From contig CAXXVK010000026.1 in the NCBI GenBank assembly GCA_963676915.2, forward strand, positions 1 through 38,377: a DNA stretch of 38,377 nucleotides, written 5' to 3'. Below the pieces are notes generated by a model that searched no databases, had not been told where the DNA came from, and was given only the letters and a program-made list of their open reading frames with translations. Below are positions 9,726-18,702 of the stretch, one piece after another (within the stretch, counting starts at the first letter, position 1; each line of letters begins with the position of its first letter). This stretch comes from Myxococcota bacterium. GTDB taxonomy: Bacteria > Myxococcota_A > SURF-8 > G963663525. A program made the translations under genes and the position numbers.

Positions 9726-11348
9726 ATGCAACAGTTGGTCAAGTTTTCTACGTTTCGCTGGAATCTGATTTCCGTTTTCCTTTTTTTGAGTGTTAGTGGG
9801 ATCATGCTTTTTTCAGGTTGTGAAAAAAGCCCACAAGAAGTCAAAAAAGAACAAAAAGAACGTCTGACTCCACTTTATATGGTTGCACCGATTTCTTTGT
9901 CGAAAGAGGTTCCTTTAAAAGGAGAAGAAGGAAAAGACGCTTACGGATATCCTACGCAATACGTCGATTGTGCGATGATCAAAAGTTTGCTTATTCATCG
10001 GAAATATTCGGAATTGACGAAATATTTCGAACAGTTTCAAAATGCTTTCGAGAAAGACAATACGTTTGAATACTGGCCGATTGATGCCTCAGAGGCGTTT
10101 CGTTCGGCTGAAAAAGAATTGCTGCCACGGCTTAGTGAATGGGTCGCGAAATATCCGAACTCGTTTGCTCCGTATCTGGCTCGTGGTTCGTATTATTCCT
10201 CTTTAGGTTTTGCCTTGAGAGGAGCAAAGCCGATCTCAAAAACCAGTGAACTCGAAGTCGTCACCATGCAGCAGGCTCATGGAGAAGCGGTGAAGAATCT
10301 CATGAAGGCTTTGGAAATCAGGCCTAAACTCGTAGCCGCCATGAGGAAACTGATGCAGGTCTATGCTGGGTCTCATCAGGGGCTGGATATTCCCACCTTG
10401 TTGAAAATGGCAAACGAACAATGTCCGGAATGTTTTCAAATACAGGTGACGGCGATCATGAATCGTACGCCTCGTTGGGGTGGAAGCTACGAGGAAATGC
10501 AAAAAATGGCGGATGAAGCGGCGAAAAAGGCTAATCCGAAATTGAAGCTTCTGGCAGGCTATATTTCCTACGACAAGGCGGAAATTCATTATTATAAGGA
10601 TCGTTACAAAGAAGCTCTGGAAGAGATCAATCGTGCTTGTAGTCTTGGAGATCATTGGGAGTTTCTTTTGATGCGCGGAAAAATTCACCTGGAAATGAAG
10701 CAAATGGAGCCTGCTTTCGCCGATTTCGATCTGTCGGTTTCTTCCAGACCGGATCAGTCCGAATCTCTAGCTTACCGATCCTATTTACATGCCCGGCAGG
10801 AGCGCTATGAAGTAGCGGCAAAAGATCTTCTTCGGGCGTTGCAGCTCGACCCGAATTCACATACGGCAAAGAATATTCTTAAAGGTGTTGTCAGTCGTTT
10901 GGAAAAGGCGGCGAATAAAAACTTAGGAGACGGTCGCTTGGACGATGCGCTTCGTCAATTCGACCTGTTGATGGAAATTCAGCCGTGGCACAAAAGTGTT
11001 CAGAAAATGCGTCCTTTGGCAATTCTCGGACAAACGCCACCGACGGAGCAAACGATTGTACAACTCATGGAGGAAATCAAAAAGCATCCAGACAATGTCC
11101 TCTTGTATCGGAAACTCGATTATTCCATCTCGAAAGTGACGAAAGATTTCAACAAAATCGTGGAGTATTGGACGAATTTCATCCAAAGGAATCCTGATTG
11201 CGGACGTGCATACATCGAACGAGCCGGTTCATACACGCATCTGAATCAAATGGTGAAAGCCACGGACGATGCCAAAATGGCTTGTCTCAATGGTATCAGT
11301 GAAGGATGTTTTCTTGCAAAAGCCTTGGGTGTTAACCCGTTGGAGTAA
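9726..11348 (+). CDS. Lipoprotein with a DUF4034-like domain and TPR repeats
   Basis: Lipobox LFSG-C. WVAKYPNSFAPYLARG..GFALRG and PRWGGSYEEM are DUF4034-like. TPR-like helices such as AAKDLLRALQLDP. Confidence 0.7.
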   Translation: MQQLVKFSTFRWNLISVFLFLSVSGIMLFSGCEKSPQEVKKEQKERLTPLYMVAPISLSKEVPLKGEEGKDAYGYPTQYVDCAMIKSLLIHRKYSELTKYFEQFQNAFEKDNTFEYWPIDASEAFRSAEKELLPRLSEWVAKYPNSFAPYLARGSYYSSLGFALRGAKPISKTSELEVVTMQQAHGEAVKNLMKALEIRPKLVAAMRKLMQVYAGSHQGLDIPTLLKMANEQCPECFQIQVTAIMNRTPRWGGSYEEMQKMADEAAKKANPKLKLLAGYISYDKAEIHYYKDRYKEALEEINRACSLGDHWEFLLMRGKIHLEMKQMEPAFADFDLSVSSRPDQSESLAYRSYLHARQERYEVAAKDLLRALQLDPNSHTAKNILKGVVSRLEKAANKNLGDGRLDDALRQFDLLMEIQPWHKSVQKMRPLAILGQTPPTEQTIVQLMEEIKKHPDNVLLYRKLDYSISKVTKDFNKIVEYWTNFIQRNPDCGRAYIERAGSYTHLNQMVKATDDAKMACLNGISEGCFLAKALGVNPLE

Positions 11349-11361
11349 CCGTCAATGAAAA

Positions 11362-12699
11362 TCACTTCTTTGGTTCAAGGCGGTCGGCGACTTGCCAGGG
11401 TTCCAATCCCGTTTCTGACGCGATACGGAGGAGGTCATCGGTTTCGAGGATGCGCCGTTCGAAACCTTTCGGACCGGTTGCGACCTTGACGCGAATCTCG
11501 TGACCTTCCCAATTCAGCGTTTCGAACGATCGTTTTAGTTTCAGTCGGTCGGTTTGTATCATGCGGACGCCGATGCTTCCCGATACCCGCATCAGTTCGA
11601 AGGCCAGGCGTTCGGCGTCGTCGGGGTGTGCAAGAACGATCCAGTGCCAACCCTGACGGCTTTTCTTACCCATGTAGGGGTACACGTACACATCCAGCGC
11701 TCCGGCTTCCATTAGTTTCGCGATACCGGGAGCCGCGAGGTTGCCGGGAAGGTCGTCCACGTTGGTTTCGATCTGCACGACATTATCCCGCTCGAAGTCG
11801 TCTTTTTCTCCAGTGTTTTCCAGTGGTTCGCCGATGAGCAGGCGTAGGGTGTTGGGGCGTCCTTCTGGATCTCGGGTTCCGTGACCATACCCGATTTTTC
11901 GAAGAATCATCGCTGGCCGCGTGGCTGAACGAAACGCATGGGACAGAATCGCCGCACCAGTGGGGGTGGTTTGTTCTCCTATTGCGTCACCTGGAAGAGT
12001 AGGCCAGTCTTCGAGCAATTTCAGTACCGCCGGTCCGGGGGCGAGCATTTTTCCGTGGGCGATGTGCACCTCTCCTCTTCCCAAAGGAGGAGGATCACTG
12101 GTTAGCGAGGCGTCGGACAGCTTCGTCAGACAGCAGGCGGCACAGGCGATATCTGCCAGCGAATCCGTTGCGCCGACCTCGTGAAATGCAATTTTGCCAG
12201 GATCGCCACCATGGATAGAAGCTTCGGCCAGGGCCAGGCGGTCGAAAATGTGGAGCATTTTCTCGTGAACCGCTTCGGGTAGACCAGCGCTTTCGATGCG
12301 TTGTTTCAGGTCGCTATAGTGAACGTGCCCATGCTCGTGCTCGTGTCCATGGTCGTGATCATGCTTATGGTGGTGATGATGGTGATGTCCATGCCCGTGT
12401 TCATGACTATGTTCATGACTGTGCTCGTGACCGTGGCTGTGCCCATGGTTGTGCTCATGAATGGGGGGAATGGGCTGGTCCGGTTCTTCGGTAGAGCCGT
12501 CAGCGAGTCGAACGGTGAATTTCGTTCCTGATATCGAAGAACGTGCCTCTCGTTGGGCTTCCAAGGTTACATCGGGAACGAGTTTTTTCGTGATGTCCGC
12601 CAGTTCTTCAAGCGTTACCAACCCGGCGTCCAGGCAGGCGCCGACGAACATGTCTCCGGCGATTCCACCGATAGGTTCCAGATGTATGAGGCGTGTCAT
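11362..12699 (-). CDS. larC: Nickel-pincer cofactor nickel insertase LarC (single ORF)
   Basis: GIAGDM, His-rich tract, FHEVGATDS, TTPTGAAI, GYGHG..D..PNTLR, IETNVDD, GALDV..MGKKSRQG, SIGVR. Confidence 0.93.
   Translation of the reverse strand: MTRLIHLEPIGGIAGDMFVGACLDAGLVTLEELADITKKLVPDVTLEAQREARSSISGTKFTVRLADGSTEEPDQPIPPIHEHNHGHSHGHEHSHEHSHEHGHGHHHHHHHKHDHDHGHEHEHGHVHYSDLKQRIESAGLPEAVHEKMLHIFDRLALAEASIHGGDPGKIAFHEVGATDSLADIACAACCLTKLSDASLTSDPPPLGRGEVHIAHGKMLAPGPAVLKLLEDWPTLPGDAIGEQTTPTGAAILSHAFRSATRPAMILRKIGYGHGTRDPEGRPNTLRLLIGEPLENTGEKDDFERDNVVQIETNVDDLPGNLAAPGIAKLMEAGALDVYVYPYMGKKSRQGWHWIVLAHPDDAERLAFELMRVSGSIGVRMIQTDRLKLKRSFETLNWEGHEIRVKVATGPKGFERRILETDDLLRIASETGLEPWQVADRLEPKK
12319..12459 (-). 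repeat. His-rich low-complexity coding tract in larC
   Basis: HEHNHGHSHGHEHSHEHSHEHGHGHHHHHHHKHDHDHGHEHEHGHVH: 27 His in 47 residues. Confidence 0.9.
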
Positions 12700-13466
12700 G
12701 ATTTGCCTTTCTCGATTCTTCTACAGATCGCATGGGCCATCATCGCAGCGCCGTAACCGTTGTCGATGTTCACTGTTGCTACGCCGGGTGCACAGGTGTT
12801 GAGCATGGTCAAAAGAGGGGCCAAACCGTCCAAAGCTGCTCCATAACCGGTCGAAGTGGGAACGGCGATGACGGCCTGCTCCATCAGTCCGGCAACCACA
12901 GAAGGCAGCGCACCGTCCATACCCGCCACAGTGAGTAGCACTTCGGCTTCTTGGAGATCCTGCAAACGGGTTAGGAGGCGTTGCAGGCCCGCCACACCGA
13001 CATCGTACACGCGGGTTACGTCGTAGCCTGCGATTTCCAAAAGCACGGCGGCTTCTTCTGCTACGGGAAGATCGGCCATTCCGGCGCAGATTACGGCGAG
13101 GTGGCTGCTTCTATCGTATTGTTCGGCATGGGGATTGGCCCAGAACAGACGGGCATCCTCGAAATAGATTCCTTGAGGAAAATGCTCCAGGCATCGGTCA
13201 GCCAAATCACTGTCCACTCTGGATGCCAAAGCCGGAAACGGTTCTTTCGTTAAAGATTCCAATAAGTTGCATACTTGCTCGTCTGTTTTTCCCTGAGCCA
13301 GCACAACTTCGGGAAATCCTTTTCGGTTGGCGCGATTTGTGTCCAGTAAGGCGGCTCCTACTGTTTTGGTTCCTGCGTCGAGCCATTGGCTAAGGAGGTC
13401 CTGCTCGGAAAGCTCGCCCTTTTTGAAACGTTCGAGCGCTTGTTTCAATGTGTCTTTATCATTCAT
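12696..13466 (-). CDS. larB: NaAD carboxylase/hydrolase LarB (PurE-like)
   Basis: RKGFPEVVLAQGKT, AGMADLPVAEEA, DVGVAGLQRL, VAGMDGALPSVVAGL, VPTSTGYGA, TMLNTCAPGVATVNIDNGYGAA. Confidence 0.95.
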   Translation of the reverse strand: MNDKDTLKQALERFKKGELSEQDLLSQWLDAGTKTVGAALLDTNRANRKGFPEVVLAQGKTDEQVCNLLESLTKEPFPALASRVDSDLADRCLEHFPQGIYFEDARLFWANPHAEQYDRSSHLAVICAGMADLPVAEEAAVLLEIAGYDVTRVYDVGVAGLQRLLTRLQDLQEAEVLLTVAGMDGALPSVVAGLMEQAVIAVPTSTGYGAALDGLAPLLTMLNTCAPGVATVNIDNGYGAAMMAHAICRRIEKGKS

Positions 13467-14292
13467 TCGTATCTACCATCCGGTTCAGTTTGCCGGAAAC
13501 AAAGCCTTCCAAATCCAGTGAAACCGTTTTCATGCCCATCGACAACGCCGTTTGTACAATCCAGCTGCGCTCCGTTGAAGAGGCGAGGGCGGCAATGGCG
13601 TCTTTGGCAACTTCAATACGCAACCCGTCGCCGTCGATTCGTGCCCGGCAGGGAGAAAAACCAGCCGCCAGCAGTCTATTTTCCACCGTTTCAACAAGAC
13701 GCAGACGTTGGATCGTAACCGGCGTTCCATAGGCGATCCGACTAGCCAAACAAGGGGTGGCAGGGCGTTTAGTGTCCTCTAGGTTCAAGGCTCGGCTTCG
13801 CTTACGGATCTCGGTTTTCGTCATTCCGGCGATCTCCAGCGGTCTTACCACGCCCATTTCCTTTGCAGCAAGGTTTCCCGGTCGAAAATCCCCGGCGTCT
13901 TCTGCATTTTCTCCATCGAGTAAGTGGGTAAAACCTTGCTCTTTGGCAACCTTTTCAAGGGTCTGCAAGATTGTCTTTTTACAGTGATAACAGCGTTGTG
14001 GCGGGTTGGCAACATATTCGGAATGTGTCAGTTCGTTTGTGTCTATCCAGCGATGGGGAAGGTTCCACCGTTTCACGAAGCGATCCACTCGTTCCCGTTC
14101 TCGCGAAGCCAATGAGGGAGAACGCGCCGTGAGCGCCAAAACATCCTGTCCCAGTTCTTCATGGGCCAGTTTCACGAGGTAACTGCTGTCCACTCCGCCG
14201 GAAAAAGCGATAGCGACCCGTCCAAGTTCCCGTAAATGCTTGCGAACCCGGTTTTCTTTTTCCAAGGCAATAGGTTTCGATTCGTGGTTCAT
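13459..14292 (-). CDS. larE: ATP-dependent sulfur transferase LarE (PP-loop)
   Basis: AFSGGVDS, NPPQRCYHCK, DGENAED..DFRPG, TKTEIR, PCLASRIAYG, SGKLNR. ATG 14292 overlaps the radical SAM stop (ATGA). Confidence 0.93.
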   Translation of the reverse strand: MNHESKPIALEKENRVRKHLRELGRVAIAFSGGVDSSYLVKLAHEELGQDVLALTARSPSLASRERERVDRFVKRWNLPHRWIDTNELTHSEYVANPPQRCYHCKKTILQTLEKVAKEQGFTHLLDGENAEDAGDFRPGNLAAKEMGVVRPLEIAGMTKTEIRKRSRALNLEDTKRPATPCLASRIAYGTPVTIQRLRLVETVENRLLAAGFSPCRARIDGDGLRIEVAKDAIAALASSTERSWIVQTALSMGMKTVSLDLEGFVSGKLNRMVDTNE

Positions 14293-15366
14293 TCCACATC
14301 CAATGGAGAAAATTCCTCGTCGCCGTACAGGGCGATGTAGTTTTTCCAGACTCCGCCGCACACGTCGATCCATTGGCATTGGCGACAAGCGGGCGTAAGT
14401 TGCTTGAGAACGTCCATTTTCAGATCCTGCCAGACGAAACGCTGGCGGCCGTCTCCGTCCGAAAGACCATCGTTTCCGGGGTTGTTGAACGAGGAGACGT
14501 GAGTTCGGCGGTCGCGGTACTCCCCGATATATCGCTTGCGGAACGGACGGTTGGCGAAAAATTTTTGCGGATAGACGCAGTACGGAATTTCACCGAAACT
14601 GAGGTTGATTTTCCATTGACGTTCGTTCATCGCTACTGCCTTGAGCAGCAATGGCATAGCTTCGCGAAAGCGGGGGACCAGGTCTTTGTGATCGGCGGCG
14701 CGTCCCTCCGGGCGAACGAAGTTGAACCGGATATCCCGAATTCCCTTGATAACCCAGTACTCTACGAACTCCGGTACGGTCGGAAGGTTGAGGCTTGTCA
14801 GGACGGCATTGATGCTGATCGAGCGCACGCCTTGCCCTTTTTTTTGCAACGCCAACAAGTTATCGATGGCGGTGATTTTTGTTTTCATCGACCCGTTGCG
14901 CCCCGAAAGCTTGTCCTCGATTTCTTCCAAATGAGAATGAATGGAGAGGCAGTACCGGTTAATGCCATGCTCGACGGCTTTTTCACAGAATTCGGTTTTG
15001 GCCAGCCGATACCCGTTGGTGTTAAGCGTGATGTCGTCGAATCCTTTGGACTGAGCGTGTTTGAGTCCTTCGAACAGGTGCGGGTAAAGCGTCGGTTCTC
15101 CGCCCAGCAGTCCCAGGCTTTTTTACGCCGACTTCATCCGCATAGTAATCCAGTTCCCGAATCAGGCGTTTGAGGGACAGCCAACGTCGTTGATCGGCGT
15201 TGGAATGACCTTGCATACAGAACAGACAACGGTTGTTGCAGGCATGTCCCAAGTTGATATCCGCCCGCTGACCATCGCCTTTCAGCGACGATTCCGGTGC
15301 GGCGATGCCCTCGCAAGCTTCAGGATGAGCCTGGTTGTTTTTCTCACGAGGGTCTTTGTTGCTCAT
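14289..15366 (-). CDS. Radical SAM enzyme with a C-terminal Cys cluster (SPASM/twitch-like), frameshifted at an A6 run
   Basis: CNNRCLFC. Deleting one A at 15119-15124 joins ORF 15022-15366 to ORF 14289-14930 through VKSLGLLGGEPTLYPHL..LNTNGYRL..SIHSH. The C-terminus reads EIPYC..CRQCQWIDVCGGVWKNYIALYGDEEFSP. Confidence 0.85.
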
Positions 15367-15381
15367 TTCCGGTATCTTTCG

Positions 15382-18153
15382 TCAATCCAACGGTCCGAAT
15401 TCCGTAGAAATTTCAAACGTGAAGGTCGTGGGTCGTGGGCTGGCGTCTGGATCAATGCCGAAATAGCCCGCTAGTGTGGTCCAGGCCGTATCCTCATCGA
15501 ACATTCCGGTATCGATCAGAATGGCGATCACGTCCGCGAATGCTCCTTGACCGATGATCGTCGCGGTTTTCGGCAGGTCGTCCACGAGATCGGCCTCGAA
15601 TTCTCCTTCGCGAATGATCAATTCGCCAACCTTTGTTCCACTGTCTCCGCGAATGGTCAGAGTCCAACTATCAAAGGTTCCCGTAACGGTTTCGGTTCCC
15701 CAATCGGCCTGAGAAATCACGGCCTGGGAGAGGATGTCCGGCAATCCGTTTCCGTTGGCGTCGGTGGCAAGCACGAGGTCCGCTTTTCCATCGCTCGGTG
15801 CCGTGTATCCCAGCAAAACCGGGGGAATATACGGTTTGATGATGTTTCGGATCGCTTCCGAGTCCGGTTGCATGATCTCGGTTTTTTCGGTGTCGGAAAT
15901 CAGCACGTTACTGGGTTCGAACTCGAACTCTTCGGTGATTTTCCCGAATGCGACATCGAGAAGTTCCTTGACCTGCACGTCCCGCCGTTCCCAGAAATAC
16001 GCCGTACGGGTTTCCCACAGGTAGCCGAAAGGGTAGGCGGTCAGGCTGTCTTTTTCCTCGGCAACGAGTTCGAGAGGATAGCGATACACTTCCTGCTCGA
16101 TCTCTCCGACCTGCTGTTTGACATCGGAAGTGATGGCCATGGCTTCTTCGAGTTTTTCATAGGCGGCGTCTTCTTTGTCATCGTGGGCGTCGCGAACTGC
16201 CGCATAATGGAGATAGGCTTGTTCTGCCCGCTGATACAGCAAGTGACCGGCGGTTTTCAACTCCAAATGCCGCTTTTCGATCAATCCTTCTTTGTCCTTC
16301 TGAATGTCGGGAAGTTCGATGTCCTGCAAGCGGTCGGAAATTTCTTTGTAGGCATTGCGCATTTGTTCCAATCGTGCGAAATCGCCGGTCAACCATGCGT
16401 CGTATTCTTCATCGGAATACTCGTATACTTTCCAGTAGGACAACTTCGTCGGACGCCCGGATAGTCCTGTTACGCTACCCAGCTCGTCGTGTTCGGACTC
16501 CCCTGCGAGGTAATAGAACATCAGTGGGTTTTCGCCGATAAAGTCGATTTTCTGTCGTTCGGCGGTGTCCTTGATCACTTGTGCGATGTCAGCCGACAGA
16601 TCGTTGTCGTTGTCGCTGTAGATTTCGCTGATATCATCCACATAGTCTTCCCACGTCAGATCGGTATCCCAGGTCAACCTTGCCATATAGTGGTCATACA
16701 TCCAGTAATTCCACTCCAGACCGGTTGTAAAGGTGATGTGTCCATCCAGGCGGGTATCTCCCATAAGTGGCGGGATGACGGTTTGCACGTCGTAAGCGCG
16801 GGTGTAAAGGGTGATCGGCAAAAACAGCGGCAATGAGTTGTCGAATCCCAGCCACCAGGCGCTTTCGGGAAAGTAGGTCATAGCCCTTTCGCCCTTGCCT
16901 TCGGTGAAGCAGGCTTGCTGGTGCTGGAAATTCTCGTTTCCATAGACCGGAGCGGGATGTTCGAGGTCGTAGAACATCGTGGTGTGGATCATCAACCCCA
17001 CCGCCTCATCCGCCTGGAGCGGGAGGTGGTAAAACGGTGTCTCGCCGTCCTCGGCCAGTACATGGGCCGGGGTGTGAATCCAGGCGAACAATTCCGTTTC
17101 CGGTGCATTGGCCTTGAGCCAGTCCACAGCCGTTTGGAACCAGAAAAGCGTTTCGGCATCCGGTTGGGCGGTCAACTCGTTCGAGCCGAATTGCAGGGTG
17201 AAAGACGAAAAGCCGATATCGCCCAAATAGGCGAGGTTTTCCTCGATCTGGGGCTTCTGGTAGGCCATGCGTTCTTCCGAGGAAAGCGATTCCCCCAGGT
17301 CGTCGATCAGACGGAAGCAGTTTTGTTGTTGATCGGCGAAACTGAAAACCAACCCCAGTTTTACACCGTATTTTTCCGCTTCTTCGACGATCCACTTCGC
17401 ATAGGGTTTCCAGGTGTCGCGATCGACGGTTTTTAGCATGTGCCATTGGAGATGATTTTGTCGATTGCGCAGCAGGTACCGCAAATACTCTTGAACGTAG
17501 GGTTTGTACTCTTCCTTGGGGTCGAGCAGGTATTCACTCCAGACGATGGGGTGTTGGGTGTGCTGGTGGTAGCCCCGTAGTCGATAGGCGGGCGTTTTCG
17601 TCAGACGATCGGTGAAGTCACGGGGGAAAATCGCCCCGTAGATCTTCGTAATGTGGCTTTCACGGGGATGGTAATAATGGATATCCATCCGGTTGAGAAT
17701 ATCGTACAGGCCATAGGCAACGCCTAGATGGGTAGGAGATTCGACCCTAATGACGATTTTCGACGAGATTTTCTGCTCTTCGATCACATAGCCTTCGGAT
17801 TGCCAGGCATCCGTACTTTCCTGCACCAGAGCTGATTCTCCTGCCGGAAGTACCCCGGCCAGCAGTACGATGGTTTTCTTTGTAGAGGAAGGATCGTAGT
17901 TTCCCGAATGTTTTGTGTACGGAGTTTTGGGAGGATTGACCATACTCAGTTCGGAGAGGTCGTTGACAAAATCCTCGGCGGCCATTTCGAGGGCGGGTTC
18001 GGCGTCATCCGGCAAGACGACTTCGATATTGAACGCGCCATCGCGCTTGATGCGGCGCTCGGACGGTCCGATGTCGTCAGACGTTTCGCATGCGACCAGC
18101 AACAAACCCGACAAAACGAGCCAAATCACTCCATACAACGACATCCGGCGCAT
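15382..18153 (-). CDS. Large lipoprotein, putative glycoside-hydrolase-like (GH20/GH67-type N-terminal domain plus barrel)
   Basis: Lipobox LLVA-C. SEGYVIE..IRVESPTHLGVAYGLYDIL..TPAYRLRG resembles the N-terminal domain and barrel start of GH20/67/115-type proteins. The function is inferred. Confidence 0.5.
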   Translation of the reverse strand: MRRMSLYGVIWLVLSGLLLVACETSDDIGPSERRIKRDGAFNIEVVLPDDAEPALEMAAEDFVNDLSELSMVNPPKTPYTKHSGNYDPSSTKKTIVLLAGVLPAGESALVQESTDAWQSEGYVIEEQKISSKIVIRVESPTHLGVAYGLYDILNRMDIHYYHPRESHITKIYGAIFPRDFTDRLTKTPAYRLRGYHQHTQHPIVWSEYLLDPKEEYKPYVQEYLRYLLRNRQNHLQWHMLKTVDRDTWKPYAKWIVEEAEKYGVKLGLVFSFADQQQNCFRLIDDLGESLSSEERMAYQKPQIEENLAYLGDIGFSSFTLQFGSNELTAQPDAETLFWFQTAVDWLKANAPETELFAWIHTPAHVLAEDGETPFYHLPLQADEAVGLMIHTTMFYDLEHPAPVYGNENFQHQQACFTEGKGERAMTYFPESAWWLGFDNSLPLFLPITLYTRAYDVQTVIPPLMGDTRLDGHITFTTGLEWNYWMYDHYMARLTWDTDLTWEDYVDDISEIYSDNDNDLSADIAQVIKDTAERQKIDFIGENPLMFYYLAGESEHDELGSVTGLSGRPTKLSYWKVYEYSDEEYDAWLTGDFARLEQMRNAYKEISDRLQDIELPDIQKDKEGLIEKRHLELKTAGHLLYQRAEQAYLHYAAVRDAHDDKEDAAYEKLEEAMAITSDVKQQVGEIEQEVYRYPLELVAEEKDSLTAYPFGYLWETRTAYFWERRDVQVKELLDVAFGKITEEFEFEPSNVLISDTEKTEIMQPDSEAIRNIIKPYIPPVLLGYTAPSDGKADLVLATDANGNGLPDILSQAVISQADWGTETVTGTFDSWTLTIRGDSGTKVGELIIREGEFEADLVDDLPKTATIIGQGAFADVIAILIDTGMFDEDTAWTTLAGYFGIDPDASPRPTTFTFEISTEFGPLD

Positions 18154-18163
18154 GATTGCTCCT

Positions 18164-18523
18164 TTAGTTTTCCTGTCCTACCGTTGCTGTTACCGTGGTT
18201 TGAATTCCTCCACGGACGTTGAACGTCCCTTTGATTTCCATGAACCTCGGTTGAAGCAGTCCCGCCAGGTCGTCGAGAATTCGGTTGGTTACGGCTTCGT
18301 GAAAATGTCCCTCATTGCGGAACGACCAGAGGTAAAGCTTGAGGGATTTCAGTTCCACACAAAGTTTATCCGGGATGTAGCGAAGCGAAATCGTGGCGAA
18401 ATCCGGCTGGCCGGTCATCGGACACACGCAGGTGAATTCCGGACAGACGGAATGAATCTCGTAATTGCGCTCGGGAGCGGGATTTTCGAATGTTTCCAGT
18501 TCTCTTGAAGGTTGGGTCGGCAT
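18164..18523 (-). CDS. queF: NADPH-dependent preQ0 nitrile reductase QueF (short unimodular type)
   Basis: [57 protein letters not shown]. Confidence 0.95.
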   Translation of the reverse strand: MPTQPSRELETFENPAPERNYEIHSVCPEFTCVCPMTGQPDFATISLRYIPDKLCVELKSLKLYLWSFRNEGHFHEAVTNRILDDLAGLLQPRFMEIKGTFNVRGGIQTTVTATVGQEN

Positions 18524-18674
18524 TGAAAAGACTCCTGTGTATCGATGGTGTTCGGAGGGATCGAAAGGTTGGCTGAAATTTCGTGTCGTTGATATTCGCC
18601 GTTACCGCTTCGAAAAAACCTCCAAGACGAAAGTTTCGAAGAAAACACTAGCCCATAGGTTCTATAGACGCGCC

Positions 18675-18702
18675 ATTGTACTCCATGCCTCGCCATTTGC
18701 AA
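18675..18702 (-). promoter_or_regulatory. Putative sigma70 promoter of the queF-lar operon
   Basis: Minus-strand TTGCAA-N16-TACAAT, about 150 bp upstream of queF. Confidence 0.55.

Noticed and set aside
12319-12459. His-Xaa-Ser repeat substrate for the neighbouring radical SAM enzyme
   Set aside because: The tract is (HX)n with Ser directly after His, not H-x-S, and His-rich tracts are normal in LarC.
15116-15126. A_AAA_AAG slippery heptamer (dnaX-type -1 programmed frameshift) at the radical SAM break
   Set aside because: A -1 shift gives AWDCWAEN, which is the wrong frame. The GGEPT frame needs +1, so canonical -1 frameshifting cannot restore the protein.
18524-18670. preQ1 riboswitch upstream of queF
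   Set aside because: The only GGTTCTA-like word (about 18658) is on the wrong strand, and there is no matching stem or A-rich tail.
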